This document shows positions 25,232-36,629 of a DNA stretch of 64,000 nucleotides, piece by piece. Source of the stretch: Podarcis liolepis (lineage: Eukaryota); assembly GCA_965112155.1 (NCBI GenBank), contig OZ218101.1. One strand, written 5' to 3'. The notes below the pieces were generated by a model. It was given only the letters and a program-made list of their open reading frames with translations. It did not search any database and was not told the DNA's origin. How positions within the stretch are numbered: position 1 is the stretch's first letter; each line of letters opens with the position of its first letter. The position numbers and the translations under genes were made by a program.

Positions 25232-26714
25232 TACAAATATTAATTACAAACGAATAATGATGTATTATGGAGTTGGACTAGATGTTCCTCAGGGTCTCTT
25301 CCAACTCTATGATTATAAGAGATATGATGTATTCAGCAGTGCACATTCTGCCCCTTTGGTCTGAAATAAGGCCTTTTGTTGTCTTACTGCTGTTGGAAGG
25401 ACTAGTGTGCCTTTGATGGTCACCTGGGTTCCCACCCCTTATAACAATTATGTAAAAATGCCAATGCCTTGGTTGGCTGGCTATTTAGAAATTATATTCA
25501 TGATTTCCTGCCAGCAGGCTAGCTTTTGGAGCTAGTTTCTGCATGTTTGTGGGAATCTCTGTTTCGTTCTGTGGGAAGCAGATGGTGTTCATACTTTTCA
25601 AAAATTAAACACTACATGTTATTTGTTCAGGCAAAAATCCCATTACACATACATGTGAGCTAGCATTAGATGAAATCCAGGTTTCATGGGGGGTTTTTTT
25701 TGGAATCATTACAAACAATATTTATACCTAATGTTCTCTTAATGATAAAGGTTCCTTTTGTATTTCAAAGGCATCAGTACAATGAGGGTGAGACTTCTAA
25801 GGTTTGACAAACAGCTACATCCCACACCTCTTGACTTTTACAGCTTATGTTCTTGATGCTGCTTTTAAAGCTAGGCCATGTATTGAGCAAGTGGGCATTT
25901 GCTTAGGGACACTGGTCTGAAGATGAACCTTTGGAGCCATTGCTTCTGTTCCCTAACCTATTTTTACAACTACCTGGAATACAATTAGCCCAGCTAGAAA
26001 ACGGCTAATTAAGAGTAAATTGGGCAACTATGTCTCAGAAAAAGCAGCTATGTTTTGTGAGAGAAACATTTTTGTGCAGGCAAGATGGCCCATCCGAGCT
26101 GTTTCAAAGCCAACCCACGTACATGAACATGAAAATCATGTACATATTCTTAAGTGGGACATTTATATTTATTTTGCTAAAAGAATACAAGCTAGGGAAC
26201 CAACAAGATATACTTGTACAAACAAAAACAACCCCCAACCCCCCCAATACAAATTTGTGCTGCACTTCACAAGCGACTGTGTAAATAGTGTGTACAAAGC
26301 AGCCCTTGGCAATACAAGTACTAATTTTATTACTTCAGGTTAAAGAGGAAAAGTTTTGTGTTCTTTTAAAGGAAGTAGTAAATACAGCCATCAAGTACAG
26401 AATTGGAATGGTGAAAACGGTCTTTGAGACTGTTTTTCAATCTTCTTTATGAGCAGAGCATACTTGATGCTGCATCTCTGAAGCTGTGGCAAACATGTTA
26501 GCACTTGTGTGTTCCCTTTGCATCAGGTGCTTAAAATAGACTAAACAAAGGGCTCTCAAAGGAATAGTATTTGGACTTAAAGTGCTACACACATTACAAT
26601 ACGTTCTCTCTCTTTTTGAAAAGCTGCTACTAAGAAGGGCATTTTGCTTTTTGCTTTAATTTTGTCTAGGCTGAATTTGATTTTTTTATTTATTTATCAC
26701 TCTTCTAATCTCTC

Positions 26715-26860
26715 CATTGGAGGTTGCTAAGCAGAGGTTAGATGGTCATCTGCCATGGATGCTTTAGCTGAGATTGTGTGTTTAGTTGAGATTCCTGCAT
26801 TGCAGGGGGTTGGACTAGATGACCCTTGGGTACATTCCAGCTCTGTGATTCTATGATTCT
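26715..26860 (+). mobile_element. CR1 extreme 3' end
   Basis: gggggttggactagatgacccttggg...ttccagctctgtgattctatgattct terminus; shorter relic at ~25270-25315. Confidence 0.8.
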
Positions 26861-27278
26861 GATGTAGTAAACATTCCAGGAAAAGAGCATGATATTACAA
26901 TGAAAAGACACCAGATGGGTCTCTTCCCTCGCCCAGGTCTGTACTCTGTTTTACCCTGTATTTGGGTAATATGCAAATAGGTTTCCAGTGTAATAAGGGA
27001 ACCATATTGTTGGAACAGGCCCTCCCATGGATTGCTAACACTAAAACTGTCCCCCCAAAGGAAAGTGAAACTGAGTAGCTGTCTTCAAATTCTCACATGA
27101 AAGCCCTATCAAATTCCCAGTTGCCGAGAATTGTTCTGCACACTGCTCCTTAAAGGGGGCGATCATAGGCCTAGTTCTCCAATTTGTTAAAGTCACATCT
27201 TTTGCAGACTGGAAGTGGCCACCGAGACCATATAACACCAGGCCTGAAAGACCTACATTGGCTTCCAGTATGTTTCTA

Positions 27279-27681
27279 AGCACAATTGAAAATGTTGGTG
27301 CTGACCTTTAAAGCCCTAAACGTCCTCGGCTCAGTATACCTGAAGGAGTATCTCCACCCCCATTGTTCAGCCTGGACACTGAGGTCCGCCTCCAAGGGCC
27401 TTCTGGCGATTCCATTACTGTGAGAAGTGAGGTTACAGGGAACCAGGCAGAGGGCCTTCTCGGTAGTGGCACTCACCCTATAGAATGCCCTCCCACCAGA
27501 TGTCAAGGAAATAAACAACTATCTGACTTTTAGAAGACATCTGAAGACCCCCCTGTTTAGGGAAATTTTTAATGTTTGATGTTGTATCGTGTTTTTAATA
27601 CTTTGTTGGGAACCACCCTGAGTGGCTTGGGAAACCCAGCCAGATGGGCGGGGTAAGAAGAAGAAGAAGAAGAAGAAGAAG
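27279..27681 (+). mobile_element. Young L2-family 3' fragment with (AAG)n tail
   Basis: Highly similar to 38385-38760 (gtgctgacctttaaagccctaaac...agccagatgggcgggg). Confidence 0.9.
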
Positions 27682-28029
27682 TTAGTTGCCTGAATTATCT
27701 GCTTCCAGAGTACCATTGTCTGCCTCAAATTACTAGTTCGTTTCGAGTAAGTGGTAAGTGGACCAGAGAGTTTAGGCTAATGACTACATTTAGCATGTAG
27801 CATGTAGCAAGTGGACCAGAGAGTTTAGGCTAATGACTACATTTAGATACTTGAGGATGGTGTGCATGGGAATTTTGTTGCAAGAAGTGACTTTTTTGTA
27901 GTAGTCTAAAGTTTGGTGGTTGACACTGGCAGTTAGATAGCTATATGGATTGATTATATGTAGCTTGATTTTTCTGTACTGTGACTTCTGGAAACCTATT
28001 TTGTGTTGGGTCAAGGGGAACATCTACAT

Positions 28030-28532
28030 CAGGGGTCAGCAAATTTTTTTTGGAGGGGGCTGGTTCAACGTCCACCAGACCTAGTGGTGGGCCGGAATGC
28101 GCACGCGGTGGAGGGGGCTTCTCTCTCCCACCCAACCCCTCCCCTCCCCTGCCTACCTCCTCTGCTGCTCTGCCTGCGATTGGGAGCGGTACCTCTCCTT
28201 TTTGGGCCAGCTTTCCCAGGCGGGGAGCGAGGACCTAGCAGGTGCGCCAAACTCCAGCCCATAGCGCGGCCATGGGGAGAGGCGGGAGGGCAGACGGCAA
28301 GGCTTCCTATCAAAGCCCAGCCCCCTTCCTCTGCAGGGCAGGGAGAAGCCAGGAAGAAGGAGGGAGGAGACAACAATGCTGCGGTTAGAGAGGGGGGGGA
28401 TTGCAAAAAAATTGCGCCTGGAAAAAAAAAAGCAATCGCGCTGATTCAAGCAGTGATTGCAGAACCGTTCGCAGGCCGGATCCAGAGGCAATTGGCCCAG
28501 ATCCGGCCCGCAGACCTTCGTTTGCCAACAGG
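28030..28532. mobile_element. GC-rich non-autonomous hAT-type element
   Basis: Starts caggggtcagcaaa and ends ...ggccggatcc...ccggcccgcagaccttcgtttgccaacagg (decayed TIR); TSD poorly conserved. Confidence 0.65.
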
Positions 28533-28588
28533 TTTACAGTACTTTTCAATGCAACTTTTCTGTCTACTTTAGCAGATGGTGATAAGTG

Positions 28589-28805
28589 AGATACTGTGTT
28601 GTGTAGTGATCGGAGTGTCAGACCAAGTCCCAGGAGACTTACCGGTAGTCCTACTCAGCCATGAAGCTCTCAACTGGGTGTTCTTCAGTCTCTGCCTCTC
28701 AGCCTAAACTGCCTCATATGGTTATTGTGGGGATTAAACAAGGAGGGGGAGATATGCCACCTTGAGCTCCTTGGAGGGAAAGGTGGGATATAAATGCAAT
28801 AAATA
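28589..28805 (+). mobile_element. Older Squam3/MIR(Ther1)-type SINE
   Basis: tgtgttgtgtagtgatcggagtgtcagac head, agccatgaagctc...ctctcagcctaa core, gagctccttggagggaaaggtgggatataaatgcaataaata tail. Confidence 0.75.
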
Positions 28806-31800
28806 TAGTTTTTTATTTATTATTTATTAATGTCCAGTGTTTTTCGGGGGGGGGGAATTACTAAGGGGCAAAATAAAGCACATACAAACACACACAAACA
28901 TGTATTAAAAAGAATTTTATAAACAACTCAACAGTTGCCAGTATAAGTCAAAAGTATGAGCATGAAAAACAGTCTTACTGAACTCTCACTGCTAATGACT
29001 TATCCTATGTACCTATTGCTCTATCAGTTTGACACAAAAGTTAAAATAATCATGCATTGTATACACAACTGCTTACCTGGCACTAAATGTGTAGATTTCC
29101 AGTGAACTGCTTGTCATAGTTGTGCTGCCAAGGATTGAGACTAAGAATTAATGGTCAGCAGCAAGAGACAGTAATCTCTGTAGTGCACTACTATTTAGTC
29201 ATTTGTCATTGATTACAGGAGAAACTTCATGGAGGAAATTAACCTTTTAAAACTAAAATGTCACGTAGCATGCGTCAGATAGCATCTTGTTCTGGTGGGC
29301 TGGAGGCAAACCTTTATGGAAAGGACAAGATCTGCTTTCCTGCTGCTGTGTAAGTGTCAAGAGTCAAGAACCAGTTATGAGATATATTTTACTGGTACAT
29401 CTGCTCTATAATCATAGATCTTCAGGCAATCATTCACTTGTTTTCAAAGAGTCTCATCTTTCAAGAGCCACTATGTCTGTGTGAAAACTGCTTCGTGCAA
29501 ATTAAGTCTAAAGTGAAAATAATAGATGCAAGTAACTGATTTTATACCTGCTTCCAGATTGGTTGCTTTAGAGACCTCTCTATCAAATGTTCCATGTTTT
29601 AGACGTAATGATTTAATTCTCAGCCAGACTATTCCTTGGTGTGTTTATGTGCTAGCACCTTTTCCCTAGCTTGGTGTTCCATGACAGTGCAGATCATGAC
29701 ACGTATGGGATCAGTGCAATCACGTGCCATAAATAGTGTACACTGATGTGTTTTAAAACTACCTGCATTTTTTCCTTGAGCTTCTGGTTTCATGTATAAG
29801 TGCCAAAGCAAAAGTAGATCAAATTGATTTCTGCATGCTCTTCAGTTCAATACTTAAAGGATAGTTTTCTCTGTGCATCTGCCGGATATTATTAACAATT
29901 TAGTTATCTAATACATATGTTGTCATTGATTTTAATGTTGGGGAAATATTGTGGACAACAATTGCAGTCTTTTCATAACTAGCCTTTCTGTAATGTTCTC
30001 CAACTGGATTTTGAAAAAAATAATTCAAAATGTTAGAATCTGCCAGTATGTGTCTATTTAAGTGAGTATATGAACTGTAGAGTTATTCTGCTTTGGTCTT
30101 TCATGTGAACTTGTTTTATCATTATGAGTACCAAATTGTGACAGGGATTTAATAAGATCAGCCAGTTTTTTTAAAATTCATCCCGTAGAAGAAACAATCC
30201 AAGTGTTTTTAGACTTTGTTTCCAAACAACCTGTCCACAATTAGATTAGCTTTAAAACTCTTTGAAATTCTCCTGCATTTTTATGTACATATGTAGAAAT
30301 ATTCAGGGCAAAATATTTTAACATAATAATGGAAATTGCCAGAGTACTTCCTCAAAAGAAAAAATGTCTAACATATTGAAACATATATTTGGTTAAAATT
30401 AATCATTTTGACTAATCATTTGCTGTTTCCTGAATACATTTTGACAATCAGTTTTTAGGATCAAATGCACTAGGAACATGTATCTGGCTTTGTATGACCC
30501 CAAATTCTTCTGTTACCATTTTAGCAGACAACATGCCTTTTTTCCTAAGTGATATTAGTTGCTAGGAGAAGTGCAATGGTCTGGCCTCCTCTTATCCTTC
30601 AGTGAAACCAAAGAGCATATTGAGTTGAAGAGAGAAATAGCACAGTATGAGCCATGAATCACGAGTTGTCTCCAATATGTCCACTTTGTTCCCACTTTTT
30701 CTTCCTGAAACTTTTGTTTTTACTGATAGTGCTTCTTTTCATCATCTCTTAAAAGCCATTCAAGGAAAGGGAAAAATGTGCGGTTGACAGTCCACTCAGA
30801 GTAACAAAAAAAAAGTGTAGAGAGTTATTCATTGGCCACATTAGTGACAGTGCATGACTTAAAGAATAGCTTTAGTCAACTTTCTTTAAACCAGAGTGAT
30901 TAATACCTTCTGTTTTTACCAAGAAGGACAAGGAGAAAGGTCTGGTTCTGCCAGTTTTCAGCTTAGATTCTGGTTGCAAATAATAGCACTGCAATTGTGG
31001 ATTTAAATGGAATAGGAAAGGGCATTAGTTTTCTGTGAATAGTTCCCCTTGTTTCCCACCCAAACTGCTTTATTCTAAAGCTTTTCTCTTTTCACTCCCT
31101 TCCCCTTCTTTTATCAACTGAAATTTTATTTATTTAAGGATTTTAAGAAACATTACTTGTTTCCTATTTCCCATCAAAACTGTGGCACCGGGAGCAGTTT
31201 AGAATGTCACAGCATTTTGAAAACTGAAATAGCAGTTTAAAAATAATACTATAAAACACAAATGGAAGGCAGGCAGTATCAACCATAAATTCCATAGTCC
31301 AGTAATGAGTCTGTACAGGAAAGACGATGTGGTATACTACCGGTTCCTGAAAAAGGCCCTTTTAGCCACATCCACTACCTGAGAATGAAGCAGCAGAGTT
31401 TGGTTTATAAACCGATTTTTCTGGGGAAGCATAACCACATTCAGAACAGGCCTGATTGAGCTTGTTTGTTGTCCATCATCCATCCAAGGCACTCAATCCA
31501 CTGCCTTATGGAGATTGAAAACATTTTGCTGTGCACTACATTTTAGTGCAGTTCAGAGATTACAGTTAAGTTGCCTAATACTGATCATTAAACTAGCATA
31601 TGAAAAGTTAATATGTGGATGCAGAATTTTGTTATCTGCAAGGTTATTCATAGCAAGCTATAAGAGTGGTTTGAAATTCAGTTAGTTCAAAGTGTAGTAG
31701 CCCATCTGATTAAGGGAGCAAATGGGAGCCTATTACATCTGTGCTAAAGCAACTGCATTGTCTCTTTATTATGAATCTGCCAAACTCTCCATAACACATT

Positions 31801-31823
31801 CTTCACACCATTCATATACAGTA

Positions 31824-32068
31824 CAGTCGTACCTTGGTTGCTGAACACCCTTCAACTCATACGTTTAGGCTCCCGAACACCTCAAACCCAGAAGTGATTG
31901 TTCCGCTTTGTGAACGTTATTTTGGAACATCCGATGGGGCTTCCATAGCTTCTGATTGGCTGCAGGAAGCTCCTGCAGCCAATCAGAAGCTGTGATTTGG
32001 TTTTTGGACATTTTGGAAGTCAAATGGACTTCCAGGACGGATTCCTTTCAACTTCCAAGGTATGATTG
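31824..32068. mobile_element. Tc1/mariner MITE, CAGTCGTACC family
   Basis: TA-cagtcgtaccttgg...ccaaggtatgattg-TA; internal hairpin ctgattggctgcagga agc tcctgcagccaatcag. Confidence 0.85.
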
Positions 32069-32069
32069 T

Positions 32070-32330
32070 ACATCTTTATCATGCTGTCCTTACCTTTTTT
32101 CTAAACTAAACTATGACCTTTTTTTCTTAGGGAAGTTGTTCCAGCTTCCTGCTCATTTTTCTTAAACTTTTCCAGCTCTACAATATGTTTTTAAGGTGTG
32201 GGAACCAGAACTGCTACAAGTATTTCACCTGTGGTCTCACCACATATTTGTATAACAGCATTATGATATTGGTTTCTTTTTCAATCTCTTTCCTAATGAT
32301 CTCCAACATGGAATTCGTCTTTCGAGAACA
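32070..32330 (-). mobile_element. CR1 fragment
   Basis: ggtgtgggaaccagaactgctacaagtatttcacctgtggtctcacca...ttcctaatgatctccaacatggaatt; homologous to 23600-23780. Confidence 0.65.
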
Positions 32331-32389
32331 TACATTATCTAGTCCTGTTCGTAGTCCAGGTTCAGGCATAGTTTTAGAACTGTATTAGC

Positions 32390-33520
32390 TTGATGGGTTA
32401 ACCTTATTAGGAGAGGATGGGAAGGCGTGACACTATCAGTTCTCCTTGATATATCTATGGCTTTTACTACCATCTGCGATGGCATCCTGCTTGCGAATTT
32501 GGAATTGAGGGCACAGTATTGCTTTAGTTCCACTGCTGAATACACAGCCATTACCAGAAAGTACTACTGGATGGTGCCTGCTTGACCCCTAGGCTTTCAG
32601 GCTGTGGGGTTCCACAGGCTTCTATTCTGCCCTCATTGGTTCTTAACATCTATGTGAATTGGTTGGGATCATTCATTAGGACATTTGGAGTGAGGTATCA
32701 TGGAGTGAGTATGTTGATTACCAGCAGTATGCTGACAATACTCTGCTCTATTTCTTTGTATCAATTGAATTAGTTAAGGCTGTGCAGGTCTTGGACCAGT
32801 GCTTGGATGTAGTGGTTGGCTGGATGAGGCCAAACAAGTTGAAACTGAATCTTAACAAGATGAAAACCCTGTATGTAGGTACTTCCCAGGTCTGGGAACT
32901 GGAGAGTTTCCTGCTCTAGACAGCATTGTACTCTATCTAAGACCAGGTGCATAGTCTGGGGTTGCTCCTAGAGTCAATGTTGTCATTGGAAGCTCAAGGG
33001 GTCTCTCTGGCAAGGAGTGTCCTTTATTAGCTCTGGGCTTTTTCCTGGACAGGGAGAACCTTCTCACATTGATCTATGCATTAGTAACTTCTAGATTGGA
33101 CTACTACAATGCACTGCATGTGGAGCTGTCCTTGAAGCTGGTTTAGAAGTTACAGCTAGTGTAGAATGATATGGCTTTTTGGATTGGCCTACCACACACA
33201 AAACTGCACCGATTGCCTACAAGCCCACTTTAGTTACCTTTAATGGCTTAAGAAGTCATATACAACTTGGGGTCAGGATTCCTGAAAGAATAGCTCATTA
33301 GGATCTACCTGGGAAGACTTTATTGGCACAGGGAAGAACCTTCTTGGTTGTAGTGCCCCAGTTTTTGACATTGCACCCACTGTGATAATGCTGATGCCTA
33401 CTCTTAAATTTTAGATGCCGTCTGAAGACTTGGTTATTCTTTCAGACTTTGAGTAGCATATAGTGCCAATATTGATGTTTTTAGTAACTGTATTGTTAAT
33501 TTGAGTTGTAACCTGCTCTG
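32390..33520 (+). mobile_element. Highly degenerate L2 RT region
   Basis: Relic motifs CGVPQAS, NIYV, YAD (cagtatgctgacaata), NKLKLN and SRLDY in colinear order with the L2 at 37500-38685. Confidence 0.8.
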
Positions 33521-34145
33521 ATATTTCTGTGCAATGAATAACATGTATATGAGAGAAGTTAGGTAGCCAGCCATAAATCGACAGCTGAATCATTTCACGA
33601 TGAAGGAAACATCCTAGCTCTCTGATACTTTCTGACTCAAAACTTCTCCCGTGTTCTGGTTTTTTTTCTTTTAGTGCTAAAGTTCATCAGACTTATTGTG
33701 AAGCTTGTGGCAAAACCAACTTGATAATAGTCTAATCTTATAGTAATCTTACCCTTTTTAAAATTCAAATGTCCTTATTCGTGAGCTTTTCCATATTGCA
33801 TTTCTGCCATTGAGCTCCTGAACTTCAATAAGCTTCTGAGCTTCTTTTTTAATCTGATGAAGCCAATTATTATTAAACTATTTGTAAACGAGCAGTAGAT
33901 GCCTATCTTGAGGAATTTCAGTCAATTGTCATTATGCATACTATTGATTAGGTTTTCTTTGTTCAGTGATAGCCTGTCTTTACAGAATGTTAAAGTGCTT
34001 AGTAAACAGCAGTAAAATTAATTTTATAATATAAAATATTGCTATGAAATCTATGCTTTATAAAGAGGGGAAAATATACTTTGTAGGAAAGAACGATTTT
34101 GTATGCAGAAGAGAGAGGTTTGTGTTTATTATAAATAATGCACAT

Positions 34146-34432
34146 GGGGAGATGATTAGATTAAAGAACTGGCCTTTCACCTTGAAGGCCACAGTTCAAA
34201 TTAAACCTTAGGTTGTAAGTAAATTGAGATGAATGGGTTTAGCTTTGTCCCTGGCGTAAAGCAGTCTATATCTCAAAAATCACCATACATCTGTTTTTGC
34301 AAACTTGGCATAATTGGCATTCTCTTAGGACAGTGCTGGCATTGAAACTATTGCTTATCGCTGAGGAAGATGGTCTCTCCAGGTCAGGGTTAAGATCATT
34401 GGCAGGTCTATGAAGAAAACCTTGTTTGTCTG
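34146..34432 (+). mobile_element. LF-SINE-like ancient SINE copy
   Basis: Ordered blocks gcctttcacct, gttcaaat, aaaatcaccat, ttggcataattggcattctc, gatggtctctccaggtcagggttaagatcattggcagg match the LF-SINE consensus as recalled (GCCTTTCACCT...AAAACCACCAT...TTGGCACTAATTGGCACC...GGTGGTCCCTCCAGGTCAGGGTTGAGGCACATTGGCAGG). Confidence 0.75.
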
Positions 34433-35525
34433 TATTAATGATCCATTTTTCTCATATTAGAAATAATGCTAAAGGTGCTCATATAAAATTTATCCTCTTG
34501 TTTTAATATATTAAGGTAGATAAAAAGAAATAACACTTTTAGATAGTACATTTTCATGAACCTCAAAGTTCAAATCTTCACCAGCATTTTAAAAAGCAAC
34601 AGTGACAGTTATATTAAGGTTTAATCATGGGCATTTGATGTTTGTGATAATTCAGAATATAAAATGCGTATTAATTAGTTCAGCATTTGTTATTGTTTGT
34701 TGAATTTGAGGACTAGGTTGAATGTTTTTGAATAATGTCAGTGGGTTTTCCCAGGAGGCAATCTGGTTCTTGTCACTTCTTGCTTCATCATTACTTCTTC
34801 AAAGGAAAATAATGCATATCACCCTTTTTCTGGGGAGAGACAACTTTCCCTGTTACATTTTCCTTAGTTGGCTGATGGAGGGTTAGAATACCCCCCATCA
34901 ATGTCCATCTGTTGTAGCTTCTTTAATATAATGTGGCCCTAGTTCACCTTGTGTCTTCCCTCCTTATTCCAGTGTCTGGCTGCAATTATGTTTTGTTGTT
35001 TTACATTGTTTATATATCTAGACAGTACTAGATGTATATGCACAAATCTATTAAACATTTGTAGACATATATGTGTATGAAACACAGTTGTGACTGAAGT
35101 TGGTCATTTGCGAATCCTACTGCCCTTTCATTTGCCACTTCGTTCCTTGTGCCTAGGGAGTTCTTTCTGCTTGCCTCATCCACGTGGTTTCACACAAGAC
35201 CCTTCCACGCAGTCAGTACAGTATTTCGGATGGGGAGGTGACTGGATAACTGTATAAATCTTTTTTTAGCAAAATGTATTCAGGCATAGTGGTTGAGTGA
35301 TACACTGCTTGTACCTTAAAAACCTTCAAAATATGTGCATTGTTTAACTTTGCTGGAGTGATGGTGGGTTTTTGTATCAAGTCTGAGTAAGATTCATGTG
35401 ATTTGTTCAAAATATATAGATATCTGTTATCCATTGAGATGTTGCTGTTGGAGTGTGATAAGGAACATAGATTAAATAAGAACATTCTTCACTTTCTCAA
35501 AGTCACCTGCTACCTTTGTACAGAG

Positions 35526-36580
35526 TAGGGCTAGATAATACTTGATTTTCAACATCATGATATATCACCAGCTAAATATCACAATATTTCAAGATAGCAA
35601 TATATATATCTGTGGCAGCGGAGGGCCTTGCTGGGCCTCCCCATGGCGGCAGGGGTCTTGCGGTACCTCCCCACGGTGGTGGAGGGTGCGCCATGCTTCC
35701 CCACAGCTGCAGAAGGGCTTGCCGTACCTCCCCTTGCCGGCAGCGGGTGTGCCACGCTTCCCTGCAGCAGCGGAAGGCCTTGACCAGGCTCCCTGCAGCT
35801 AGGGCCTTAAAATGCAATGTAGTAGATTTAATAAAAAATATTAAATAAACTTCTGTATAATATATGTAATATATTTCCAACTAATTTAAGAGTAGTTTAA
35901 CTGATTTACTAGTCAAGTTGCTATTGGGCATTTGAAACATGCCACAGAGTGCATGCAGAGGAGACCACACAGATGGAATCACTGAAGAGATGCAGAGAGA
36001 TATTTGCAAGGTTTAATTACAAAACTCATTTAACATACATCTTACATAGTGTCTATAATCATCACCCACCCATCCACCAGGGGGCAGAGTAAGGTACATA
36101 CTGCACATTATATACCATTCACAATTGCTGACACAGCTAATTACAGTGACTTATCAGCACCTGGTACACTACTACACAGTTGTAAAAAACTGGGTCAGGA
36201 TATGCACCCTGGCTTTTAAAGTGGTATACACCCTGTGAAACAATAATGAACCCTAACATTTAAATAAACCATTCAACAGTCGCATCTGCTTCCCCACTCA
36301 GAGGTGTAAGTGGAATCTATGCATGCACAAGCCACTCTTCTACTTTCCTGGGAGTAAGCCAGTAAGATACCAGTAAAGGTGAAAGAGTTTTCATCATTTC
36401 TTATCGGTTAGGAGGGTGGAGGGAGAGAGCAACAAAGCATGAGACAGGTGCCTGCAAATTATCTGTAAAGGATCTGTTCAGCTGAGCTACCCCCTGGGAC
36501 ACTGTCAAGTCTCAAACAGTTATCACAATGTTATTTCAATACTGGTATTCAACTGTATGGTGATTTATCACACAGCCCTA
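35526..36580. mobile_element. ~1.05 kb non-autonomous hAT element
   Basis: Ends tagggct... / ...agcccta with related subterminal tatcac motifs; 8-bp TSD gtacagag / gtacagaa. Confidence 0.75.
35612..35800. repeat. GC-rich ~30-bp-period degenerate minisatellite (~6 units) inside the hAT element
   Basis: Units such as ggcagcggagggccttgctgggcctccccat / ggcggcaggggtcttgcggtacctccccac / ggtggtggagggtgcgccatgcttccccac. Confidence 0.7.
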
Positions 36581-36629
36581 GTACAGAATAGGGGCTTTTT
36601 TTGCATGCCATTGCAAACTAATCAAAGAA

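Noticed and set aside
28003-28589. 189-aa and other ORFs in a GC-rich patch; possible second CpG island
   Set aside because: Coincide with a non-autonomous hAT-type element; no protein motif.
35612-35800. ~30-bp periodic array as a possible CRISPR
   Set aside because: Degenerate tandem units without unique spacers, no cas genes, vertebrate context.
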